Assembly: GCF_037042905.1 (NCBI RefSeq)
Contig: NC_087250.1
Coordinates: 7,380,001 to 7,444,000 of the forward strand
DNA length: 64,000 nucleotides
Reading direction: 5' to 3'
DNA from: Lytechinus pictus
Taxonomy: Eukaryota
Made by a program: the position numbers and the translations under genes. Below the pieces are notes generated by a model. It ran no database searches, had not been told where the DNA came from, and worked only from the letters and a program-made list of their open reading frames with translations. Shown piece after piece: positions 11,872-25,700 of the stretch. How positions within the stretch are numbered: the first letter of the stretch is position 1; each line of letters begins with the position of its first letter.

Positions 11872-14800
11872 GTCTTGATCAAACACGGATCCAGGGGGAT
11901 AAACTAGCCCCAGCCCGTTCAGACCCTATTTTGGAAGTAAAGATACAAACTTTCAAACTTAATGATACGGATCTAAAATTGAGAGAAATTTCACCCTGAT
12001 ATAACCTTGTTTGATTAACAGAAACATTTTTTTCCAAATCAAATTATAAATATAAGAATGATTGATTAATATAAAATAAACATCTATATGATCTAGGCAA
12101 ATTCAATGTTATAAATTAGACTGACTTACATGACTAAAATACAACATATTTATCAAAGATAATACAGTTAATTCAAGTGAAGAATAAAATTACAAGGTGG
12201 AAAGATGTGTTTTGAGTAATTGTTTAAAAGATGAGACGAAGGAAGACTGGAGGAGAGGAAGAAGAAGACTATAATGCCACAGTACAAGCACCTATTGATA
12301 TTCAATTCAATTCAATCATGGTTTATTTCGTATAAAAACAATACATGTTACAAAGCCAGAAGGCTGAAATTAACATGTTTACAATAAAACGTTCACAAAG
12401 CATGGATAAAAGCAAACAATTACAATTTACAATGTACATAGATAATAAATAAATTTTAAAGAGCAAGTGTACATAAAAAAATCATTAAAATAATAAAATA
12501 GAACGAAAAAAAAAGGAAGAAATACAATATTAAAAAGTGATGAATATTAGACAATTAAAAATTCAAATATCAATTGGATTGATAAACCAGAGAAGAGGCT
12601 CACTCCCACTTCCCAAGAAGCATTTAGATTTAGATTTATTTATTTTTGTTGAACGGCAATAAATAAATCTAAATCTAAATGCTTCTTGACAACTTGAAGG
12701 ACTCAACGCTTAAACCCCCACATCACTTGAAAAAAACTTCATCCCTGCATATTTACAGCTTACCACAATAATAATGCACAATAATAATAATATCTAATAC
12801 ACTGTTGGTCATAAAGGTGGAATATTTTTATTTAACCAAATTTTCACAGCGTAATTATTACAACATGATTTGAATATGGCATTTATGGTGCATGATATCC
12901 ACTTTACTTTATTATTCTGCCTTTTACACACGTTTGACAGTGATATTTTACAGGTTTATGTCTTAAGCGATGGATGTCATGAGCATAGAACAACAATGAC
13001 GACAATATACAGTAAATTAAAGGATCATGATATATTTATTTTCAATCTCTCTCAGTTTTCCATATGACTTTTTTTTGTGATTTCATGGACAAATTTGCAT
13101 CAAACTTGAGTCATTGTTCTTACTCGGTCACTAGTATCGGGTATGTCCACCCCGTCAACAGGCATAGCGTCCCATTCTTCCCTCAGAGCATCTGCCAACT
13201 CCTGCAGATTTTGAGGAATGACCTCTCTGTCGTTGATGGCTCGGCCTAGGGCATCCCATGCATGCTCTATGGGGTTCATATCCGGCGAACAAGCTGGCCA
13301 TGGCAACTGTACGACGCCCTCTGCCTCCAGGAATTCCCTTACTGCAGCGGCCCTGTGCGGTCTAGCGTTGTCATCCTGCAGTCGGAAATTGTGCCCATAC
13401 ACTCGTCTTGCATATGGAAGACAGTGGAACTCCAAGATATCTATGTAGGCGGTGGCGTTGACGTTTCCGTCCAGAACCACCAGTGGCGTTTTCCCTCCAT
13501 AATGGATGCCGGCCCATATCATCACTGAGCCGCCTCCGCCTTGAGTCGTCTCGTGGATACATTCATCGTGAAGGTTTTCCCCGGCTAATCGACGAACTCG
13601 TTGTCTCCCATCCTCTCGGTCAAGTATGAACCGGCTCTCGTCCATGAAGACCACATGTTGCAAATGTCCTGGATGAAGCCTTCTGTGCTCCCTAGCCCAA
13701 AGAAGACGAGCTACTCTGTGGCGAACAGACAGGCGCGGACATTTGTTCAACCGTCGTGCTCGGTAACCATGTTGGAGCAATCTGCGATTAACGGTTGACC
13801 GGGAAACGTTGATCCCATGATGTCTCCTCCACAAGCAACGAAGACGGCTCGTGGGCAATTTCCGGTTTCTGCGGCTGAAATTCAACAGTTGGCGATCATC
13901 TCTTCTTGTGGTCAATCTGGGACGTCCTGGAGATTTCCGTGGCCGCACATTCCATGCCTCACGTTGACGTTTCAGGATCTTAGAGACTGCATCCTGTGAT
14001 ATCTCTAGGACTTCTGCGATATCAGTCTGCTTGTAGCCCTCCTGTCGCAGTGCTACCACTCTCTCGCGTATTGCTGTTGCCGTTGGACCAGGCATAGTCC
14101 AGGGAACGTCTCTACCGATTTTTATTTCAAACGGTACAAGGAACTCGAAAAAATGCAACCTTCTTATACACAGTGCTAAATCAGGGAAAGGGACAGAATA
14201 TCATATGCATAGGCTTTTATAGTCTACAACAAAATAATTTATTACGTAATCCAAATTTCTCATGTTATAATGTTACCTGTGTAATGGGGAAACATTATGT
14301 AATCACTCAATTACCATTTTGTCTACGCGTAGCCTTTCAAATACCAACATTACTGTCGATTTTTGTTCAAAAATATTTTATTCCACCTTTATGACCAACA
14401 GTGTATAATCAAAGTAATAGTACGTATTCAAAACAATATAGACAGTTCAATGACATTTCACAACAAATATAGAAGATAAATTTCATACCCTCAAGTATAC
14501 GAAAAATATTGTCCTTCATGTTCCAATAAAAATGAAATTTGAGAATTTTTATTACAGGATATTTATGGGGAGCTGCTCTCATAATAATGACGTCACATAA
14601 TAAAAAAAATCGAAACTCTCTTGATTTTGGATGGATTTTTGTGAAACCTTCTCCCACATTTCTTTCTAATACATACAATTGATCGTCAGGATACAGATAC
14701 ACCTTCCCTTTAAAGATAGGAGACAGTATTTGCAGCATAGGGGGCCTACAATTATTTCTTGAGACTTTAAAATCAAGGTTAATTGCAACAGTATATTATC

Positions 14801-17800
14801 ATAGACCTAGATCCGGTACATTAATTTGAACTTAATTCGGTAAATTCATCAAAGCACTACCAGCAGCTTTTCTTCCTTCTTTTTTTCTAACGCGCACTGG
14901 GACCTTTGTAAAGTGTAATGCGCAATACAAAAACTGTTCTATTATTATCATTAGCTCAAAATCGATAATTATGATGATTACTAACACAGAAAAGCATATG
15001 TGGGACAGTGTATTAATATTGCTTCGAAAAATACCCCATTTGAAGGAATTCCGTGCTTATTTTGCTCATTTCTCAGCAATCATGCATTTTCTTCTAGACA
15101 TGCTAGAGCTATTTGGCACATATTTTATGTGTATATACATACAAACACTTTGGTGCTAATTTCATTGGATTCTGTTCGAACTCATTTTGAGATCGTTACA
15201 ACAACTGGTATCTATCTTTAACCTCAAGCATATATTCCATGCCAAAAGTGTATCACAATGGTATAGTATGAGGACCTGGAAGGTCATATATTTATACAAA
15301 ATGGAGTCATTTTCTTTGCACTTGACACACACATTAAACCTTCGAAATATTGTATTGAATATATCAATGATTCTGTCTAACTTAGTTAGTCAACCTGTCG
15401 GGGCACACAGTGTACTATCATTATCTTGTTATTCCATTGTTTGTTAAAACCGTAAGAATGTAAAATGTAGATAAAATAGTTCGTCACACCACAAGAAATA
15501 CATCACTATACCCCTCTTTTTTCCATATTGAATAAATTTATTCAATCTGAATGAGGTAAATGGTTAATCAATTTACCATTCAAGAAATACATCGTCCTTA
15601 TAACTGATAAAAATGATAATGTATATTGTATTTCTAAGAGCTTTTGAAATTAAATAATTCTAAGCACTGGCGGACCCTGGGGGGCACAGCCGGCCCGTGC
15701 CCCCTTTCTGAGAAGAAAAATTAAAATTTGTAATGTAAAAATGCCATTAAAACAGATGAAGATTTTTTTTCTGGGACGAAACCTTTTCTTTTTTTCCTTG
15801 TCAAATTTTTCCTCTGAAAAATGTGCCCCCCCCCCCTTTGGAAAATCCTGGATCGGCCCCTGATTCTAAGCGCTTTACAAAATATTAAATATTAATTATG
15901 GTGATAGTGCACAGTAATTCTTGTACGCCGCATATCACATTAAGATAATTGTAACGTCCATCCCTGCTGGATATTTCACAGTGTAACACAGTGTGATCGC
16001 TAGTCTGAAAGCACAGACTCATAATTATTTCACACTTCAACCAATAACAGGTCTAGAGTGAAGACTAGACTCCAAAGACTCTATCTGTGTATGTCAGCCA
16101 CAGTACAGAGTGAACCTAGTCTCACTAATTCAGACTCTGCATTATATGCATTATGCGAATTGTGAAATCCAAGGGTCTGTGCCTGCAGACTATGCCATCA
16201 AAGTGTGTTCACATAGTGGGGTGTGTGAATATATTATTCACACTGTTAAAATGCTCGAATTCGAAAACAGTATACATCAACACCTCGACAGTGTGACTGT
16301 TCAGCGTGTTCACACGGTCGACTATATGAATATGTGATTCACACTGTTGTATTGCTAAATTTTAACAGTGTGAAGGTGATTTACTTTGTGTTCCACACTG
16401 TTCCACACTGTGAACACACTGTGGCACACACTGTGGGAAACTGTTCTTTCAAGTAGGGATATGCGCCTCCAACAACTTGGATACTGAGAAACCTGAATAA
16501 CATATTAACTTATATTATATCATAATGACTTGAATTACATAAAATGTAGGCCTAATTGGGGATGCCACAAAAATGATCTTCCTCGACAATATCACGTTCT
16601 TGGCACTGTATATCTATGCAATCGCTGCATTCTTTCCGTTTGCCTCAAAATAGAATATTCCTTGAACGTGTTGTTAGACGGTGTATTTATAATTTTATGA
16701 ACATTATTATTATTATTATTACTATTATTATTATTATTATTATTATCATTATTATCATTATTACTATTATTATTATCATTATTATTATTATTGTTATTAT
16801 TATTATTATTATTATTATTAAGTGACATACTGGGCTTCGACTAATGTATTCATGATTTCAAGAAACAATACCCGGGTAGAGTTACAATTGATCCAATCAA
16901 TCGTAACTCTATGGAAATCCATCAGTGTCATAATTTTTTTCTACAGGAAATCTGCACAATGTCCTTTGTAAACAAAGAGAAGCACACTGAATTTGCAAGA
17001 AAACAATGGATGTATGAATATACGCCATAGTCAGAAAATATTTCGAACAAACGTGCATAATAGATGTTGACGTTGCTGGCTTTCCATAGTTGTGGTTAAT
17101 TGGATCAATCGCAACCGTTTGTAAGACGGGGCCAACTTTATTGGCCTTAGTTATGAGGTGCCTGTCATAAATGTTTTGTATACTTTTCCTGAAGTATGAG
17201 GGTAACAATTCATTTTTCGGCAAACTTTATAAAAAATAAGGAGTGAATTTTCATTCGATTTTTATGAATTGATGAAGAATTCATTTCATTTCAAATTTTC
17301 AAACAAAATTACTAAGTAAGGCGAAATATGATACAACATAAAGAAAGTTCCCTTGGCAGTGACGCCAAGGCCCATTCAATTCGGAATGAATATAGTGAAT
17401 ATAATAATAACGATTTTTTTTTTTTTTTTTTTTTTTTTACATAAATTTCATTTATTAAAAAGTTGACATTTCTGTTTCTGCTTCTTGTAAGGTAACTCCG
17501 GTAGTAACTCGACAGGGAAGCCTTTTCTGAGAATTTTTCATTCAACAACAATTAAAAGGATAAATTTGGCGTGAATTTAGAGTGAACATGACCGCAAGAA
17601 TGAACGTTTTGCACAATTTCACTTGCTAATGGGCATGATATGGTGAATTTCACTCGACAAGTGAGTGTAACTTTTAATCTAGTGAAACCTATTCACTCCC
17701 TAGAGAGTGAATTATTCACTAGATTTTTTTTCAGAGTATGTTTATTCAATAAATTCTGATATACTATATAACTTATTATTCTACAATATACATTGATATA

Positions 17801-20800
17801 AATAGACAAAAACATATAAAAGAGACTACTACTTTTGATTGCATCATTAACAGTCATAGTAAGCATTCCTTATCATTGTCTTAAACTTTATAGTCGTTCT
17901 CATTTTCATTATTATCATTTTATAGTTAGTAAATCTGTACATGTTATTATTATGATAAGTATCAGACCTTTTTCAACGATTTTCGTCATGATCATTTTCA
18001 CCAGCATCACCACCATTTATCATCATTACCATCGTCATCGTTTTCTAAATTACATTATCATGTTCATCATTATCATAATCGTTGTTATTACTAATCAATA
18101 TCTGACAATCAAATAAAAAGCAAAGATGCATTTTTCTAACATAACGATTCAGGAATGTTGCAGGGGTTGCTAATATAGGCTTAGCTTAGATTAGCTGATT
18201 GATTGATTGATTGATTGGTGGGGATTTTTTACCTGATTGCTAAGAAAGCATGAATGCTTGTAAGCAAGGAACCAGAGGACCGACGGCTTAAGGTCCTCTC
18301 CGAATGACCTGGTAACCCCAGAAAGCCAATAATCAAAATTATATTTGATAAAACTTTATAATACAGTAGTATGAGGGGGGGTCCATGTCTGCGCACCTAA
18401 CAAGTTAACTTAAGATTAATCATGATTTTTTTTCACAAAAAATCAGTTGATAATGTACCTTTATTCTTATGAGTACTTGTGCCAAAAATCTCATTAAAAA
18501 AGTGAAAGAAAATACATGTTTTTCTTGGAAAGAAACAAACCTCGACCAGTCAATTAACACACGTATCGGTGATTTTGATGAGAGGTCGTCTCGTGAAATG
18601 CCCGAAATTCAATATTTTCCCACCATTTTTAGTTGGATTTTTAAAATGAATATCTGTGTTCGTATTTCAGGTGTAATGTTTGTGGTTGTCGTGTATCTTC
18701 TTTACTAGACTTGCGCAGGTTCGCGTGTGAACAGACAAGGGGCGCTGCGCAGACCTAGGGGACCTTACCCTACAGGTGCATAGTGGGTGGGGGGGGGGTG
18801 AAGATGGAGCAAGCGATTGGTCCTTACAATGTAACTTACCTTCTTATTCGTTTTTTCTGTTTCGGAATGTGTGTATCAGTTGAAAAAGGCAATGAGCATA
18901 ATTTCATTTAATTCAGTGTATATTTTTTTAAGTAGTAATTTTCAATACCTATTTTCTTAAAAGAAAGAAATGAATCTTGTTTGTATTAGTGAATCTGCAC
19001 TGTAAAAATGAAGTGCTAATTTTGCACTTAAAGTGCTTGTATAGTGACTGCACTACGAGTGCTGATTTTCTAGTTTAAATTTGAACTAAAAAAATCAGCA
19101 CTCGTAGTCACTGGCGTACCTAGGATTTTCGTCAGGGGGGCAAAAAGGTATTTCAAGCTCGTCAGGGGGGCAGGGATACATGCATGGGTGGTGGCTCGTC
19201 AGGGGAGGGCAGACTGCCCCTCTGCCCCCCCCCCCCGTAGGTACGCTAGTGCTCGTAGTGCAGTCACCATGCAAGCACTGTAAGTGCTAAATTAGCACTT
19301 CATTTTTTACAGTGTGTCAATGTGCATGTATCCCCAATGTCAGGCCCATGATGTCTGAGAGCTTTAAGTGCTAATGGTCACGGTGTCCTATATGGTTATT
19401 TAACTGAATGTTGTGACAATGTCTTGTTGGATATATGATTGCAAGTTGTTTAAAAACGATTGCAAGAAATCGGTAAATACGAGGGAAACATTTCGAATGA
19501 TATTTAAGCATGAAAATATCTATATGTATATTATTTATTGTATACTGTAAATCTTGTATGTTTTAGACGATAAAGAAGAGTATCAGTGTGGGACAAATAT
19601 GTTGATCCTTGCAGCTTTCTTTTTTAATAATATTGGACGAGTTTGGTTTTACCAGAGTATAATGTTGCAAGAATCAATATACGGTAGAACCAATGCATAA
19701 GAAGGGAATGCTCTGGCAAAAAAATCTGTATAATATTCCGATTTTTTATCTACTGTCAATACCAATGTCACCTTCATAATAATCTTGCTCATTCAGAAGT
19801 ATCATACTTTTGCTTTGAATCATATATAATATTATATCATTATAAAATTATGAACAAATTAACATTTCCATTCTACTTTATCAAGTTTCATAATAATTTT
19901 GCTTTGAATCATATATGATATTATATCACTATGAAATTATGAACAAAATAACATTTCCATTCTACTTTATCAAGTTTATAAATGTATATATCAATTTAAT
20001 GAGTTTTATTCCGGGGTTGTCATATTTTTTCAAGCAATCTGCTTATAATGACAATCCTTCTCCTGCAAACTGTAAATGCTAAATTTTCTTTGTTGGTAGT
20101 AGATCATATTTGTTCGGAATGACCTTTTTTATTTTTTATTTTATTTTCTTTATGATTCATACCAAAATCAATTACCGATATATTATGTTTGTTACGTAAT
20201 GAAAATTGTATTGTAAACGAATGTTATGAATGCAGAAGAAAAAATAAATCAAATCAAATTTGTAGGATGCTGGGAGTTCCTGTTCTTTGGGGGAAAATCG
20301 CTCGAATATCATACATGGGAATAATATAGTTCAGAACAGCTTTTTCTCAGCGATATTGCACTGATATCACTCACGTACTAGATCTCGTTTATAAATTGTC
20401 ATTATATATACCTCCATCATTATTCAATGTAATACTATCTTACTAGAAGCTAAGCGATCGCCCATTGGGTATCTTTTTCCAAAAAAAATGATTCATGCTA
20501 AATCTGTTAAAGAATTGAAGAGGCGCGGGGGGATTCGCTTATAGTGTCACGATCATGTGTCACGATAACCCCAATTCACATGCAAAAAATAAAGAGGTGG
20601 GTGTCTCATAATGCTGTTCGTAAGTTAAGGGCGACTTTAAGAACGACTGGTGATCCTTTCTTACGCGCTAAATAGTTACCAATGAACATTTAACGGTGAA
20701 TATCATTTACCACAAGAAATCATCACCAGTTCTGAACCTTTCTTTTGCGCTAAATAACTACCAAATTAATATTTAATGGTGAATATCATTTACCACAAGA

Positions 20801-22661
20801 AATTATCACCACTATTTCTTAAAATCAAATTTTAAACGGCCTCGGAGTTGGAAATACTGAATAATTTTTTTTTTACTTGATAGTAATTGGATAGCTTTCT
20901 AATTTTAAAGCCAGATGATTGATAAATGGATCTGAAAGAAACATCATGCCTTGCCGTTTCAAACTAGAATGAAAATGACTGTTACAAATAAAAAGGGAAA
21001 AAAAACATGTTCCTTTGAAGGTGATACGAGATTAAAAAACAGAGAAAGAAAATACGAGTGATGGTCCTTTGGCATATCTTTCACGAACGAAAGAAGTGAA
21101 TTTTCTTGTTTCTGATATGATTTCGATCATTTATATAAATATTTATGTATAATATTGCAGCCTTTTATAGCTTAATAATAATAACAGGCATTTATATAGC
21201 GCCATCTATCAAGAAATATTCTATTCCGAGGCGCACAAGAAAAGAAAGAATGAGAAAGTTTGGATGAGTGTCAAAGTGCCAATAACTAATACTGTTAGAA
21301 AAGATAAGACTTCAGTTTAGATTTGAAGGTCTCCAGTGATGATATAATTCTTAAATTTAACGGCAAATTATTCCAGAGAGAAGGTGCTGAGGCAGAGAAA
21401 ACTCGTGCACAGTATAAATGTTAAAAGTTTTATGCGACGCTGTTTATTATATGAGCATTACAAGTAATTGCTTAACACCTTTAACAAAAATGCTTAATTA
21501 ATTAAATGATAAAGATTAAAGTTTGTTAAGATTTTAATCACTTGTTTAAACTGTTTAAACAACCACTGTAAGGTTCATATAGAAGACTGAATAGCGTTTA
21601 TATAATACTGTGTACTAGGCCTATATTAAATTACATAACAATTAGTGTTTAAAACAGTCTAAACTATTATTGTTTAACAGTCTAAGTGTTTACAAAATTA
21701 TTGTTTAACTGTCTAAGTGTTAAAAATCTTAAACAACCAGTTTTTAATTAAGCATGGTTGTGAAACACCTATTATAAAGTTCGTACATAGCTTGTATTAA
21801 GATTTTAACATCGTGTTCACACAGTCTGTATAAGGATCAAAATGTGTTCAACTTCAGTACTGAGTAGCGAATTACTTTTCACGTGTGAACACCTTCACTT
21901 AGAGTTGGGTGGAAGGCTGCTTGAAACGAGAAAGGTATCCGCGTGAATCATGTTGGACTTGGATTACAGCATGTCAAAGCTAATTAGTAGCTAGTGAAAT
22001 CAAACTGTGGTGTTGTACATCACATCCCTACAGCTGTAAACATAAAAGGCATTACCAGAAAACGTTTATAGCACTACTATAACGTGTCAGCTGAATGTAC
22101 GAGGGTAGTGACGGATCCAGGACGGGTAATATCCGGTCCATGCCCCCCCCCCCTTTTTTTTTTTAAAGAGGCACACAAAAATTATGGGAATTTCCCATGC
22201 AGGCGGAAATGTGACTTTTTTTTCTTGCCTGTCAATTTTTTCCTGGAAAATAATGACCTCTAGTTTGGAAGTGAAACACTTTTTTTTTGCTTGTCCAAAT
22301 TTTCCTTACAAAAGTGCCCCCCTCCCACTAGCGCCCTTTTGGAAAATCCTGGATCCGGAGGATTTTTGTAAAAGATTGGGGTTAAATGCTCAAATTGAAA
22401 AGTGTAGATTTGTTATACAGTCCGGAAACAACTTATGGCGGGGCACCCTTTTTTAAACTGGTCGGACATAGAAAGATGAATAGATAGATAGAAAAAAAAA
22501 GATAGAAGAAAGAAAGAAAGATAGATAATCAGACAGGTAGATACTATCTACCTGTGTGATTATCGTTTTTATATATTTATTTATTTATCTATCTACCATG
22601 TCTACAGACAGAATATAAACAGATAGATGGATGGATAGATAGATAGGTAGATAGGTAGATA

Positions 22662-22739
<78 letters not shown>

Positions 22740-25700
22740 GCCCTGTTTGATGCAGTTGGGGCAAATAAAGGTTTTCGTAATTTCACTCTTGAACAAGGAC
22801 TCGGATTCCAAAATCAAAATATCTGATCCCTACTGCTAGTATAATTCTATCTGCACTCCGCATGGTCAGACCATCGATATAAAAAAAATGGATGGAGCAA
22901 CAAAGCGCCCTTTTGAGGCCACCGGAAACTTTTAAAAGTACTATAAAAGGTCAAGCGCGCAGAAACTTCCACAGTTTTGTATCTTTCGTGTGCATGTGTG
23001 TTGTTTGTGTGTTTTGATTGGTCCCGGGGTATTGTTACGGTCCCATATACTGTTAATTGTGTTATGGAATACTTTTCTGTATCTTCAAGGTCGTTTGAAC
23101 GGCAGCATACACCAAACTCTCTCCAGTCTTTTTTATATCGATTGGTCAGACGGGAATGGCCAGAGCTTGTAAAACAAGTGGTCATTTATTCTTAAAGGAG
23201 AATGAAACTCTTGGAGCAAGTTAGCTTTTGTGAAAGCAGAAAAATCAAAGAATAAGATCAACAAAACTTTGAGTAAAATAGGACTAGCAATAAAAGAGTT
23301 ATGAGCATTTGAATGTCGAGATCACTAATGCTATGGAGATCCTCCCATTGGCAATGCGACCAAGATCTGTGATGTCACACACGTACAACTCTCCCATTTG
23401 GACACTGAAAATATACCCCAAAACATCTCTTTTTGCTCATTCTAATCATATGACAAACGATTCATCAATTATATAATGATGTGAAACCTCTGTACTTGTC
23501 ATCTCATAAAGAGAACACCTCACCTTGTGATAGACTCTATAAAAGTGAGAATATAAGTGAAATAAGTACTAAAGTAATGAGGGAGTTGTACGTGTGTGAT
23601 ATCACAGATCTTGGTCGCATTGCCGTTGGGAGGATCTACATGGCACTAGTGATCTCAATATTCGAATGCTCATAACTTTCTTATTATTCATTCAATCTTC
23701 CTCAAACTTTCAACAATATGTTTCTTTGATTTTTCTCTTTGATATGGATTCAGCTGGTTTCAAGGGTTTCATTCTCCTTTAAAGATATCTACGATGTCAG
23801 GATAGCGGTACCACAATACAATTAAAAATTAATTCCTCAGTTTTATAGGCATGTTCACCGCGTGTGACAAACTCGACTATTTTCCACCTTTTAAAGGACA
23901 AGTCCACCCCAACAAAAAGTTGATTTTAATAAAAAGAGAAAATACGAACAAGCATAACACGGAAAAATTTCATCAAAATCGGATGTAAAATAAAAAAGTT
24001 ATGACACTTAAAAGTTTCGCTTAATTTCACAAAACAGTTATATGCACATCCTGCATGGTCGGTATGCCAATGAGGAGACTAGTGACGTCATGCACTCACT
24101 ATTTCTTTTGTATTTTATTATATGAAATATGAAATATTCTAATTTTATCCTCATTGTTAAGTGATACAACAATTAATTCCTCCCTGAGCATGTGGAATTA
24201 GCATTGCTTAATATTATATGGTTAGGTCAAGTTGGTCCTTATTGTCAAATTTATAAAAAATGAAATATTGAATAATTCAAACAATAAAAAACAAAAGAAA
24301 TAGTGAGTGATGGACATCATCGACTGACTCACCTAGTTGTGCATATCACTCTTCAGTTTGTGAAAAATAAGCGAAATTTAAAAATGTCATAACTTTCTTA
24401 TTTTACATCCGATTTTGATGAAATTTTCAGCACTGTGTTGGTTTGATTTTCTTTATTTATTCAAGTCAGCATATTCCTGGGGTGGGCTTGACCTTTAAGA
24501 AGGTCAACGACTTTTATTGAGTATACGCTAGAAAATTGTTGATACGGAATGCCACTCATTCTGCCAGAAACAAACTTTCTTGAATGTTATGGTTCCCTTT
24601 AAAACATGCGAAAGTATACGAAATGTTCTTTAAATCTTGAAATATTGGTGATTGTGGTGTCAAATTCCTCTCATTTAATTTAGTTTCTGAATAGTAGTAA
24701 ATTCTCTATATCACTCGGCCAGGATTTGACTGAACTCAGAAAAAAAATGTCGAACCGAAAGAGCGTAATTAGGGAATTGCAATTGATTATTTATTTATTT
24801 GTTCTTTTATTTATGGAGATTCTTTAAAGGTCAAGTCCACGCCAGGAAAATTCTGACTTGGATAAATAGAGAAAAATCAAACTAGCATAGTGCTGAAAAT
24901 TTCATCAAAATCGGATGTAAAATAAGAAAGTTATGATATTTTGAAGTTTCGCTTATTTTTCACAAAACAGTGATATGCACAACTAGGTGACTCAGTCGAT
25001 GATTTCCATCACTCCCTATTTCTTTTGTTATTCATTGTTTGGATTATACAATATTTCATTTTTTATAAATTTGACAATAAGGACCAACTTGACCTAACCA
25101 TATAATATTAAGCAATGCTAATTCCACATGCTCAGGGAGGAATTAATCGTTGTATCACTTGACAATGAAGAGAAAATAAGAATATTTCATATTTCATATT
25201 TAAAAAAATACAAAAGAAATAGTAAGTGGATGACGTCATAGCCTCCTCATTTGCATACCAGCCAGGATAGTGTATATAACTGTTTTGTGAAATTAAGCGA
25301 AACTTTAAAATGTCATAACTTTCTTATTTTACATCCGATTTTTATGGAATTTTCAGCATTATGTGTGTTATTAGTGTTATGCTTGGTGGTACGTGTTTCT
25401 CTTTTTATTCAAATCAACTGTTTGTTGGGGCGGACTTGTCCTTTAAACTGCTATTGCAATCTTAATTCAATACGAAATCAAGTTTTACGAAAATGACGGG
25501 TCCCTAGTCCGATGCAAGCTCGAGACCAAGAAATATCGGGGTGGGGGTCAATTATTGGCTGAATCACTGGCCGCAAAGATGAAACTATATTCTTCAGGTA
25601 TTCCCCTTGCTTGTCTGGTATCGGCAGGCTATAACTGGCATCACATGACAAGAAAGCGCAAGGAAGACCGGCTTTAAACTCTTTGTGACCTCAATGATTA

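Noticed and set aside
13218..13999. Plus-strand ORFs overlapping the transposase, and the short ORFs overlapping the Gal3ST CDS
   Set aside because: Shadow frames of GC-richer coding sequence with no independent evidence.
14096..14158. N-terminal 21 aa of the listed 352-aa transposase ORF
   Set aside because: It depends on a non-ATG start. The first ATG at 14095 gives a normal Tc1 length.
16592..16828. Poly-Asn / poly-Ile ORFs, and likewise the YLSI ORFs at 22589-22817 and poly-Ala at 35221-35451
   Set aside because: Microsatellite artefacts.
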